In this document: positions 17,435 to 26,403 of the stretch, piece after piece
Layout: the number at the start of each line of letters is the position of its first letter
How positions within the stretch are numbered: the first letter of the stretch is position 1
NCBI GenBank assembly: GCA_013698095.1
Contig: JACCVQ010000030.1
Coordinates: forward strand, 1 to 53,579
Direction of reading: 5' to 3'
Length of the DNA: 53,579 nucleotides
DNA from: Chloroflexota bacterium
GTDB taxonomy: Bacteria; Chloroflexota; Limnocylindria; Limnocylindrales; CSP1-4
The notes under the pieces: generated by a model
What the model saw: only the letters and a program-made list of their open reading frames with translations
What the model was told of the DNA's origin: nothing
Databases searched by the model: none
Position numbers and translations under genes: made by a program

Positions 17435-19513
17435 GTGACGGAGCGACCGGCGAGCCAGCCAGTTCACGGGGTGGCCGCCCTGCGCGACGTCCGGATTCCG
17501 GTCTCGGACGGGCTCGAGCTGTCGGCCAACCTGTGGCTGCCCGAGCCGCTCGGCGACGATACGGGGCCGCGGGTCTTCCCTGCAATCCTCGAGATGATTC
17601 CGTACCGCAAGGACGACTGGCGCGCGGCGAGCGACCAGAGCCGCGGCGAGTGGCTGGCGGCGCGCGGCTTCGCCCTGTGCCGGCTCGACATCCGCGGCAC
17701 GGGTTCCTCGCCCGGGATCGCCCGCGACGAGTACACCGCCCGTGAGACGCAGGACGGCTACGACGCCGTCGAGTGGCTGGCCGCCCAGCCATGGTCGAAC
17801 GGCAAGGTCGGAATGTGGGGGATCTCGTACGGCGGCTTCACCTCGATCCAGGTCGCCCTGCTCCACCCGCCCCATCTCGCGGCGATCGTGCCGATGATGG
17901 CCACCGATGACCGCTATACGGATGACGTCCATTACCTGGGCGGCTGCGCGACCGTGTCGGAGCTGTCGCAGTACGCCGTCAGCATGGTCGGGATGAACGC
18001 CATGCCGCCGCTCGCCGCGTATCGCGGCGCCGCGTGGGCGGTGGAGTGGCGTGAGCGTCTCGAGCAGACCCCGATCTGGCTGTTCGAGTGGCTCCGCCAG
18101 CAGCACGATGGACCGTACTGGCGACAGGGCTCGCTCGCCCCTGACTACGGCCGCCTCACCACGCCGACGTTCCTGATCGGCGGCTGGATGGATGAGTACG
18201 TCGACGCGGCGGTGCGGATGCTCGAGCGCTGCACGAACGCGCCCCGCAAGGCCCTGATCGGCAACTGGGTCCACGACCTCCCGGACGACGCCTACCCGGC
18301 GCCCAACGTCGACTGGTACCACGAGATGGTTCGTTTCTTCGACCACTGGCTGAAGGGCATCGACAATGGGGCGATGGGCGAGCCGGGGTTCGTGGCCTTC
18401 CGTCATGACTGGGCCGAACCGGATCCGTTCCCGGCGCGCTGGTCCGGGGAGTGGATCGCCGAACCAGGCTGGCCGCCGGTCGGCGCCACCGAGGAGGTCC
18501 TCCACCTGGCTCCCGGTGACGCACCACTTGTCGGTCGCTTGATCGGCGACGGGGACGGACCGGGCGCGGCGACCGTCGAACGTTTTCGTCACCGGGCGAC
18601 GATCGGAACCCGGGCGGGGTTGTCGTGGGGCGCCGGCGGCCAGCCCAACGGGGTCGCCCGCGACCTGCGCCCGGACGACGCCCTCGGGCCGACGTTCACG
18701 GCGGCGCCGCTCGAGGCGGACCTCGACGTTGTCGGGTTCCCGGCGGTGATCCTGCACTGGGAATCACCAGTGCCCGTCGCGACAGCCGTGGTCCGGCTCC
18801 TGGACGTGGCACCCGATGGCACGCCGTTCCAGGTGAGCGCCGGCATCCTGAACCTGACCCACCGCGCTTCGCACACGTCCCCGGAAGCGCTCGAGCCCGG
18901 CGTCGTCAGCGAGATCCGCATCGCCCTCCGCTCGACCGCCCACCGATTCGGCGCGGGCCACCGGATCCGCCTGTCCGTGGCGTCGTCGATGTGGCCGGTC
19001 GTCTGGCCGTCGCCGTTTCCGGCCGACTACGGACTGCATCTCGGCGGCGAGGCGGCGAACGCAGCGCGGTTGATCCTGCCGACCCTGCCCGGCGGACATC
19101 GCGGGGCCGACGTTCCTCCGTTCAAGACGACGCCGGCAGGGCTGCGCGAGATCGGCTCGTACCGCGGCGAAGCGCCGACCTGGCAGGTGATCGAGGACGT
19201 CATGGACGGTTCGGTCACGGTGGTGACGAGCGAGTTCGGTGAGACGACCCTGCCCGACGGCCGCACGACGCTGTACAGCGGCGAGCGGCTCGAGATGACC
19301 GCACGGGACGCCGATCCGGCCCACGCCCGGATGCACAATGAGGTCGTCTATCGTCTCCGCGAGGACGGCTCGGAGATCCTGATCGAGGCGAACGGCACGA
19401 TCCGGACGACCGAAACCGACTTCCACATGAACGTCGGGCTGAACGTGACCCTCGACGGCGCGCCATTCTTCGAGCGCGGCTGGCTCGAGACGATCCCCCG
19501 CCGGCTCGTCTAG
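17435..19513 (+). CDS. CocE/NonD-family (peptidase S15-like) hydrolase
   Basis: PAILEMIPYRKDD, DIRGTGSSPG, and WSNGKVGMWGISYGG. GTG at 17435 follows the upstream stop at 17375. Confidence 0.88.
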   Translation: MTERPASQPVHGVAALRDVRIPVSDGLELSANLWLPEPLGDDTGPRVFPAILEMIPYRKDDWRAASDQSRGEWLAARGFALCRLDIRGTGSSPGIARDEYTARETQDGYDAVEWLAAQPWSNGKVGMWGISYGGFTSIQVALLHPPHLAAIVPMMATDDRYTDDVHYLGGCATVSELSQYAVSMVGMNAMPPLAAYRGAAWAVEWRERLEQTPIWLFEWLRQQHDGPYWRQGSLAPDYGRLTTPTFLIGGWMDEYVDAAVRMLERCTNAPRKALIGNWVHDLPDDAYPAPNVDWYHEMVRFFDHWLKGIDNGAMGEPGFVAFRHDWAEPDPFPARWSGEWIAEPGWPPVGATEEVLHLAPGDAPLVGRLIGDGDGPGAATVERFRHRATIGTRAGLSWGAGGQPNGVARDLRPDDALGPTFTAAPLEADLDVVGFPAVILHWESPVPVATAVVRLLDVAPDGTPFQVSAGILNLTHRASHTSPEALEPGVVSEIRIALRSTAHRFGAGHRIRLSVASSMWPVVWPSPFPADYGLHLGGEAANAARLILPTLPGGHRGADVPPFKTTPAGLREIGSYRGEAPTWQVIEDVMDGSVTVVTSEFGETTLPDGRTTLYSGERLEMTARDADPAHARMHNEVVYRLREDGSEILIEANGTIRTTETDFHMNVGLNVTLDGAPFFERGWLETIPRRLV

Positions 19514-20824
19514 GTCGCGGCCCCGAGGCGCTCCTCCAGGCGTTTCAGGTAGCTCGTCGCGCCGCCGGCCATCGTGTATCGCGTCGCCGGCTCGAGGGCG
19601 CGAAGGATCCCGTCGTAGCTGACGACCTGGTATGCGGCGCCGACGACGATGATGTCGTCGATCGCGGCGCGGACGGCATCGGGATTGTTCGGCCCGAGCG
19701 GGGCGCCGAGCCAGGCGTCGACCCAGGCGTCGGTCGCGACCCGCTGCTCGTCGGGCTCGTTCCTGCTCCACGACAGCCAGGTCACGAGGTCGATCGCCGG
19801 GTTGCCGATCGCCGCATCGGACCAGTCGATGATGACCGCCTCGTCCCCGGCAAGGGCGACGTTGCCGGGGTGAAAGTCGCCGTGGACGATGGTCGCCGGA
19901 AATCCGAGCGCGGCGACCCGCTCCGCCGCGTCCCGGGTGGGCGCCGACGGCTCGCAGGCGGCGCTCCGTCGGGACCCAGTTCGGCGCGTGGGCGACGGCC
20001 CCGGGCCCGAGCGCGACAGCGAGCGCCGCGGCGAGGTCCTCGATCGGCCTGCTCGGACAGCCAACCGCCACGAACGCGTCCAGGTCACCGGCCAGCGAGG
20101 ATTGGATCCGGGCGATCGCGTGCGCACCCGCGATCAGCCCGTGTCGCTTGGCCTCGGCGGGGAGTTCGCCGACCATGGGCGCAGCGACGTCGTCCATGAT
20201 GAGCCAGCCCTCATCCGGCTCGACTGCCAGGACGCGGGGAACGAGCTCCGGGAACCGATGTGCGAGCAGGCGACCGACGTCCGGTTCGGGATGAAACGGC
20301 GGGAACACCGCCTTCATGAAGACATCGCCAGTCGCGGTCCGGCCACGAAGCAGCGCGGAGATTCCCCGCAGGTAGAACGGCCGTGGCGGCTCGAGCAGCG
20401 GGCGGCCAGCCGCGGCGAGCGCTTCGGTCATCCAGACGGTCGCCCGACCGTTCCAGCCCCGACGGGCCCAGCGCGGCCGGAGGGCAGGCGGCTCGGATCC
20501 GGTTCGGAGCTCGGCGAGGAGCTCCTCTGCCCGTTGCCTGAGTATCGGCGGGAGATCGTCGAGCAGGATGGCGCCGGCGGTCGCGACCGGCACGAAGGCA
20601 AGCCCGGCGGGCGGCCGCCACTCGGCCGCAGCCGGCTCGGTCATCACGAGGGTGGGGATGGGCTGGCCATCCGGAACGCCCTCGTCTCGCGGATGGGTCT
20701 CGAGAATCGGCGACGGGAACGCGAGCTGCTCGCGCAGCCAGACGGTCGCAGCCACGACGGTTGCCTCGTCCGCGTCGCCATCGATCGGCTGGGCGGGTGG
20801 GCGCCCTTCAGTGTCGAGCAGCAT
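19510..20824 (-). pseudogene. Aminoglycoside/choline-kinase-type phosphotransferase (APH fold) interrupted by a 1-nt frameshift
   Basis: The N-lobe (DVFMKAVFPP..., EGWLIMDDV) reads from ATG 20824 in one frame. The catalytic C-lobe (IVHGDFHPGNVAL, IIDWSDAAIGNPAIDL) is in the adjacent frame ending at 19510. The switch lies around 19950-19975. Confidence 0.7.
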
Positions 20825-20896
20825 GCTCCCCGGCGCGGGTCCCGGGATGATGAACCGGAGGTCGAGCTTCACGGTCGAGAGCCTACTATTCGCGCC

Positions 20897-22060
20897 ATGC
20901 TCCGAATCTCTCGAAAGGCCGAATCGTTCACTGAATCCGTCATCCGCGAGATGAACCGGCTCGCCGTCGCCGCCGGTGCCGTCAGCCTCGCCCAGGGCTT
21001 CCCCGACTTCGCCTGTCCGCCTGAGCTCAAAGCCGCGGTCGCCGAGGCGGTCAACGCCGACCACAACCAGTACGCGATCACATTCGGGTCGAAGCCGCTC
21101 CGCGACGCGATCGTGGCAAAGACGGCGCGGTTCCACCCGGGCTGGATCGTCGACGCGGAGAGCCAGGTCACCGTCGTCAACGGCGCGACCGAGGGCATGA
21201 TCGCGGCGATGCTCGGCCTGCTCGATCCGGGCGACGAGGTCATCGTGTTCGAGCCGTTCTACGAGAACTATGGCCCTGACGCGGTCCTGACCGGCGCGAT
21301 CCCGCGCTACGTGACGCTCCACGAGCCGGACTGGCGGATCGATCCCGAGGAGCTCCGGGCAGCGGTCACACCGCGAACCCGGGCGATCGTCATCAACTCG
21401 CCCCACAACCCCACCGGCAAGGTATTCACGCGGGCCGAGCTTGACCTCGTCGCCGACCTCTGCCGAGAGCACGACCTGATCGCCTTCACCGACGACATCT
21501 ACCAGCACCTGGTGTACGAGGGCGAGCACATCCCGCTCGCGACGCTGCCCGGCATGGCCGAGCGGACGGTCTCGATCGACTCGATGTCCAAGACGTACTC
21601 GGTCACCGGCTGGCGGATCGGCTGGGTGATCGCATCGCCCGAGCTGACCGTCGGCGTCCGGCGCGTCCACGACTTCCTGACCGTTGGCGCCGCGGCGCCG
21701 CTCCAGCAGGCCGCGGTCGCCGGGCTGACGATGGCCGACGCCTATTACGACGATCTGCTGGCCGCCTATCGTGAGCGCCGCGACGTGCTCCTGCCGGCAC
21801 TCGAGGTGGCCGGTTTCCGTGCTAGCCCTCCCGCGGGCGCCTATTACGTGATGACCGACATCCGCGACCTGACCGACGAGGACGACGTGACCTTCGCTCG
21901 CCGGCTGATCGCCAATCCCGGCGTCGCGGCCGTGCCGGGCTCGTCGTTCTTCTCGCGACCCGAGCTCGGCCGGACGAAGGTCCGGTTCGCGTTTCCCAAG
22001 CGACTCGAGACGCTCCACGCGGCGGCGGATCGGCTGGCCACGCTCCGAACGGCAGTCTGA
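20897..22060 (+). CDS. Class I/II PLP-dependent aminotransferase
   Basis: INSPHNPTGKVF and SMSKTYSVTGWRIGW (PLP lysine context). ATG at 20897. Confidence 0.9.
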   Translation: MLRISRKAESFTESVIREMNRLAVAAGAVSLAQGFPDFACPPELKAAVAEAVNADHNQYAITFGSKPLRDAIVAKTARFHPGWIVDAESQVTVVNGATEGMIAAMLGLLDPGDEVIVFEPFYENYGPDAVLTGAIPRYVTLHEPDWRIDPEELRAAVTPRTRAIVINSPHNPTGKVFTRAELDLVADLCREHDLIAFTDDIYQHLVYEGEHIPLATLPGMAERTVSIDSMSKTYSVTGWRIGWVIASPELTVGVRRVHDFLTVGAAAPLQQAAVAGLTMADAYYDDLLAAYRERRDVLLPALEVAGFRASPPAGAYYVMTDIRDLTDEDDVTFARRLIANPGVAAVPGSSFFSRPELGRTKVRFAFPKRLETLHAAADRLATLRTAV

Positions 22061-22310
22061 CGTGGCCGAGCCCGCCGCCTTCGCGACAGCAGGTCCTCCG
22101 CCGGTTCCGTCACCCGGGCGCCCGAAACGAGGGCGGACGAGGCCCACAGATCAGAACGCGCTGGTCCGGGACCCGCTCCCCCGATGAGGCGAGTCCCGTC
22201 GTTTGGCACGAACCGGTCTTCGGTCGCTGGTCGATCGAGCGCTCGAGCTTCTTCCTCGCGGACTGAACGGCAACCGGCCGCCGGTGCCGTCGTGAAACTC
22301 GCACGTTCTC

Positions 22311-22487
22311 ATGCGCAGAGGGTCTATCCGCGATCTCCCGGCGGGCCTTGACCGAAAGTCATGCCTTCACGGAATGCACCGCGATCGGAGTGTGGCTCTC
22401 GCCGCCATTTCATGCCCCCAGGGCATGAACTGCGCGCACCGCGGGCCCAACGTGTGGGATAGACCTTCCCGGAATAGTCGCCCGCAG
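22311..22487 (+). repeat. Copy B of the modular ~175-nt non-coding element
   Basis: Same four blocks and spacing as 91-268. The closing helix is 22318-22329 with 22457-22468. The right part overlaps the last ~26 codons of the 22410-23078 ORF. Confidence 0.7.
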
Positions 22488-23078
22488 GATCCCCGACCGG
22501 GCGAGCATCAGGATCGACACGAAGCCGAAGGCGCGTTGGCTGGACCGCGACGAACCCGCCCCAATGCGATTGGACGCTGTCAGCGCCGTCAACCCGCGCA
22601 CGAACACGCCGGCAGCGATGAAGCCGAGGGCCGCCGCCGATCCGAATCCACCGGGCGCAAGGTCTAGCCGAACGACGGCGACCGCGCCGGCGGCGAACGC
22701 AACACCGGGATCGAGCGCGCCCACGACACCCAGCCGGGCAGCCGCGCCGAGGACGGTGGTCGGCAGGACGGCGTTGCTCGACACCCCATAGGGACCGAGC
22801 AGCAGGCCCAGCGCGATCCAGCCCGCCACACCGACGAACAGCCCGGCGCCGATCGTCCCGCGCAGATTCGAGTCCGACACCAGACCACCGATCGCCGACC
22901 CGATCCACAGTCCGAGGACGACCAGGATCGCGTCGATCGCCGCGACGCCAGCCATGGCCCCGATCACGACGCGCAGCGATCGACGCTGCCAGAGGGCGGC
23001 CAGCAGGACCGACAGCATCGACGCCGGCAGGGCGACCACGAAGCCGACGAAGAATCCGATCGCGAAGTCGCCGGTCAT
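22410..23078 (-). CDS. Gly/Ala-rich polytopic membrane protein, unknown function
   Basis: About six hydrophobic segments. It begins 14 nt downstream of the DUF3307-like gene on the same strand. Confidence 0.6.
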   Translation of the reverse strand: MTGDFAIGFFVGFVVALPASMLSVLLAALWQRRSLRVVIGAMAGVAAIDAILVVLGLWIGSAIGGLVSDSNLRGTIGAGLFVGVAGWIALGLLLGPYGVSSNAVLPTTVLGAAARLGVVGALDPGVAFAAGAVAVVRLDLAPGGFGSAAALGFIAAGVFVRGLTALTASNRIGAGSSRSSQRAFGFVSILMLARSGILRATIPGRSIPHVGPAVRAVHALGA

Positions 23079-23091
23079 CGGCGATCGTCGC

Positions 23092-24132
23092 TCAGGCGAG
23101 GAGGGCGCCGAGCGCGGCCCGGCCGATCAGCGCGCTGACGATCGCGATCGCAACGCTGGCGAGGGTGCCCAGCAGGTAGTACTCGGCGAAATCGCGGTCG
23201 TCGAGGAGGCGGAACCGGGCGAGCGTCTTGGCCGCGACGACGAACCCGATCGCCACGTCCGTACCGGTCAGGACGAAGACGACGATCAGGATCCGTTCGA
23301 GCACGCCGATCGTGGAGCCGACTCGAGCGCTGCCACCGAGCGGCGGCGTCGAGGGTGACGCGGGCGACGCAATCGCGGGCTCGGGCTCCGCGATCACGCG
23401 CGCGTCCAACGGCCCCAGCCGGATCGACCAGCGACGCCCGACCGGCGCCTGGGCCGCCGACGTCGATGACCGGATATCCGGATCGGGAGCCGGCGCGACC
23501 CGTCCACCCCAGCGATGCTCGCCCCCAGCTGTCACCTCGACCGGCCGGACGAGGATCCCGACGAACAGGGAAGCCGCCCGGATATTGACGATCGCCAGGC
23601 CGATGAGCACCACAGCCGCGCTCGCCACGCCGTGGACAGCGACCCGATCCCAGCTACCCAGCCAGCCGTCGATCGCCGCCGTCCAGCCCGGGTCGAGCGG
23701 CACACCCGCGAGCAGCACGGCCCATCCCCCGCTGGCGGCCGCGAGGTGCGCGCCCTGGTCCGCCAGGAACAGCGCGGCCGGCTGCGGAGTCCAGGCCCGG
23801 CCGAGGTGCTCGGGCGGACGTGGAGCCTCGTGGCGATCGTGCGCCTCGCGCAATGCGGCGGCGGCGGCGCGGCGGGTGAGAACGACCTTCGCCCGATCGA
23901 TCGCGATGTGGCTCAGACCGGTCAGCAGCACGAACCACCAGCCTCGTTCGCCGAACGCGAAGCCGACGGGGACGACGACCGCGGCGACGATCCAACCGTG
24001 GGCGAAGAGCCCGGCCAGGGCGCGCGAGCCGTGGCCCGACTTCGCGGCCGCGATCGAGGCCGACTGGAGGATGAAGTCGGCGGCGAGGTGGGCGAGGACG
24101 AGCCAGGCGAGGACGAGGATCGTGTCGGCCAT
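23092..24132 (-). CDS. DUF3307-like membrane protein with a long internal insertion
   Basis: N-terminus LAHLAADFILQS...HIAIDRAK and C-terminus IGVLERILIVVF...VVAAKTLARFR...FAEYYLLGTLAS resemble the two halves of DUF3307. Its stop overlaps the SatD-like gene end. Confidence 0.65.
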   Translation of the reverse strand: MADTILVLAWLVLAHLAADFILQSASIAAAKSGHGSRALAGLFAHGWIVAAVVVPVGFAFGERGWWFVLLTGLSHIAIDRAKVVLTRRAAAAALREAHDRHEAPRPPEHLGRAWTPQPAALFLADQGAHLAAASGGWAVLLAGVPLDPGWTAAIDGWLGSWDRVAVHGVASAAVVLIGLAIVNIRAASLFVGILVRPVEVTAGGEHRWGGRVAPAPDPDIRSSTSAAQAPVGRRWSIRLGPLDARVIAEPEPAIASPASPSTPPLGGSARVGSTIGVLERILIVVFVLTGTDVAIGFVVAAKTLARFRLLDDRDFAEYYLLGTLASVAIAIVSALIGRAALGALLA

Positions 24133-24758
24133 CAGGCCCCCACCGTAGCCCGAGCCAGCAGCGTTCGTGCAACGCCGGCGAGGTCGCCGAGAGCGCGGAG
24201 GTGGGCTCGCTCAGCTGCCACCGAGACCGTTGCCCGCGAGACGCCCAGGCGCGTCGCCGTCTCCGAGCGGCGCAGGCCCTCGACCAGAATCAGCCAGCCG
24301 ATCTCGCGCTGGCGATCGGTCAGCTCCGCGAGGAGCAGGCCGAGGAGGGGCGCCGTGCCGTCGAGCAGCTCGTCGGTGGCGGGGTCGCCGCTGACGAGCG
24401 CCAGTCGTTCACGACGGGCGGCGGCCAGCTCCAGACGTTCGCGCGCGACGATGAACGCGGGCCCGCTCCGCTGGGTCGCGGGACCGTGGCCCGGGTCCAC
24501 CTCGCCGGCCACGACGACCCAGCGCATCGCGAGGGCCTCGGGATGCAGGAACGCGCGCAGAATCGGATGAATCGGGTTGGCCGTGGGCGCCAGCAGGCCC
24601 TGGATCTCGTCGCCCTGGGTGAACTCGAACGCAGCCAGGCGGTCTGGCGCGGGCAGGGCGGTCGTCACGTCGGCTGCGAGCGTCCGGAGCCAGGCCGTCG
24701 CCGCCGGCGAGTCGCGGCGGGAGCGGATCACGTCGCCGAAAAGCACGAGGCCGTTCAC
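24132..24758 (-). CDS. SatD-family-like protein (nucleotidyl-cyclase-like N-domain plus C-terminal HTH)
   Basis: LVLFGDVIRSR...FTQGDEIQGL N-domain and C-terminal REIGWLILVEGLRRSETATRLGVSRATVS (sigma-70 region-4-like HTH). GTG start at 24758. Confidence 0.6.
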   Translation of the reverse strand: MNGLVLFGDVIRSRRDSPAATAWLRTLAADVTTALPAPDRLAAFEFTQGDEIQGLLAPTANPIHPILRAFLHPEALAMRWVVVAGEVDPGHGPATQRSGPAFIVARERLELAAARRERLALVSGDPATDELLDGTAPLLGLLLAELTDRQREIGWLILVEGLRRSETATRLGVSRATVSVAAERAHLRALGDLAGVARTLLARATVGA

Positions 24759-24764
24759 GTCCGG

Positions 24765-24793
24765 AGGCTAACTGCCGCGCTGTTAGCCGTCAA
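24765..24793 (-). promoter_or_regulatory. Candidate sigma-70-type promoter for the SatD-like operon, probably leaderless
   Basis: On the minus strand: TTGACG (24793-24788), a 17-nt spacer, then TAGCCT (24770-24765). The GTG start codon begins 7 nt after the -10 hexamer. Confidence 0.35.
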
Positions 24794-24825
24794 CGACTAA
24801 TTCACGGTCAATTAGTCGGATCGGG

Positions 24826-26403
24826 CTATCTGACTCCCATCTCGGCGACGATGTCGGCGACCCGGCTCCGGACGGCGGGGGTGTCGAAGCGAAGCAGCGG
24901 ATCGGGATCGACCGCCCGTTCGTCGATCTTGCCGGACCGGCGCAGGTAGAGGACCGGATAGACGGCCGCCGTCCCGTCCGCCTCCATGGTGATCCCGAGC
25001 GAATCGGCTGTGCCGTCGTCGCCCGCGCCGTCGAGGAAGGCGGACAGCGGGACGATTCCCTCGTCGCGCGCCCCGACTGACGGATCGAGCGAGATCACGC
25101 GGACGAGGTACGCCCGCTGATGCCACAGCTCGGGCGCGGCGGCAAGCTCGCCCAGGACGACATCGACGAGATCGGCTGGGGCGATCAGCGGCCGCTCAGG
25201 CACGTGGGAGGAAGCACGGCGTGCGATGTGGGCGGCCAGCACCCGGGCGTTGTAGCGTGCCCCGTGGACGGCCCCGGAGTTCGCCGGCAATCCGTGCTTC
25301 TTCAGCCCGGCCGAGCCCTGGCCGATCGTGCCCGCAAAGAAGATCCCCGGAACCGATGCGCTCTCCCAGTACGCGGTCTGGGCGGGCAGCCGGGCCTGGC
25401 CGAACGTCGTCACGCCGAGGTCCGCCAGGTCCAGCAACGGGGTGACGAAACCGGTCGCGGCAATGACCTCGTCGGCCTCGATCGCGAGCTCCTCGCCACC
25501 CGCCGACGGGCGAACGCGGACGATCAGCGGTCCGTCGGCGCCGGCCGGCCCGCGCTCGATCGACCCGATCGAGGCATCCAGGATCGACACCCCACCGCCC
25601 AGGACGTGGTCCTCGAATGGCTGGAGATAGCGCGCCCGGACCCCGACGAGGGATCGCGTGTTGACCGACAGCTTGGCCGGCGACGGCGAGGCGAGCAGGA
25701 TCCGACGGGCCCACGGGAGCAGCCCCGACGCCAGCTCGAAGCCCGAGTTCTGCTTGCCGATGATGAAGATCCGGCGGCCGGCGTATGTTTCGGCGGGGCG
25801 GGTGTCGGCGTAGTGGGCGGCGAGCTGGATACCGGGTGTCGCCGGTGCATACGGTTCGGCCACGCCGACGGCGAAGATGGCGACCGGGGTCCGGTACTCG
25901 CCGTCCGTGGTGGTCAGGACGAAGCTGTCGCCGGTGGGTCCGTCCCCGCGTCGAGTCGCGGTCCAGCGACAGTTGTAGCGGATCGCGAGCGACGTCCGCT
26001 CGACGAACGTCGCGATGTTCCGCTCCATCTCGGGTCGCGATGGGAAGTACGAGGTGCCGTCCATGAACTCGGGCATGATCGCCCGTTCGCCGGGGTTGTC
26101 GGCGAGGAGCGAGTTCCAGTCGTAGCGTTCGTAGGCCCGCGCGGTCCGATCGACCGGGGCGTAGGGCTTGGTCCATGACAGGAGGCGCTGGAAGAATGGC
26201 CAGCGCCGGAACATGCCGCCAGGCGCCGGGTCGGCCGAGATCACCGCATGGCTCAGCCCGAGGGCGCGGAGCGAGTACGAGACCTGGATTGCGCCAGGCC
26301 CGCTGCCGACGACGACGATCGGGTAATCGCCGGGCGGGAACGGTCGTTCGTTGTGTCGATCCGGGCCGGTCACCTCGTCGCCCGGAAGGCTCAGCTCCGC
26401 CAC
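24826..26403 (-). CDS. Two-dinucleotide-binding-domain flavoprotein (pyridine nucleotide-disulfide oxidoreductase/FMO-like) with an extra ~120-aa C-terminal domain
   Basis: IVVVGSGPGAIQVS (FAD) and IFIIGKQNSGFELA (NAD(P)). The GTG at 26403 overlaps the upstream gene by 13 nt; an alternative GTG lies at 26373. Confidence 0.8.
   Translation of the reverse strand: MAELSLPGDEVTGPDRHNERPFPPGDYPIVVVGSGPGAIQVSYSLRALGLSHAVISADPAPGGMFRRWPFFQRLLSWTKPYAPVDRTARAYERYDWNSLLADNPGERAIMPEFMDGTSYFPSRPEMERNIATFVERTSLAIRYNCRWTATRRGDGPTGDSFVLTTTDGEYRTPVAIFAVGVAEPYAPATPGIQLAAHYADTRPAETYAGRRIFIIGKQNSGFELASGLLPWARRILLASPSPAKLSVNTRSLVGVRARYLQPFEDHVLGGGVSILDASIGSIERGPAGADGPLIVRVRPSAGGEELAIEADEVIAATGFVTPLLDLADLGVTTFGQARLPAQTAYWESASVPGIFFAGTIGQGSAGLKKHGLPANSGAVHGARYNARVLAAHIARRASSHVPERPLIAPADLVDVVLGELAAAPELWHQRAYLVRVISLDPSVGARDEGIVPLSAFLDGAGDDGTADSLGITMEADGTAAVYPVLYLRRSGKIDERAVDPDPLLRFDTPAVRSRVADIVAEMGVR

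Noticed and set aside
18764-22147. A 1127-aa minus-strand ORF, the longest in the track.
   Set aside because: It is a composite stop-free shadow frame in GC-rich DNA. Only its middle third (the N-lobe of the phosphotransferase) looks like real protein. The rest is Arg/Pro/Gly-rich antisense of the CocE/NonD and aminotransferase genes, both of which carry clear family motifs.
91-22487. The two element copies might be attL and attR of an integrated island.
   Set aside because: The copies are only block-wise similar rather than sharing an identical core. No integrase, recombinase or tRNA gene lies at either end. The intervening 22 kb is ordinary metabolic and cell-wall content with the same composition as the rest of the window.
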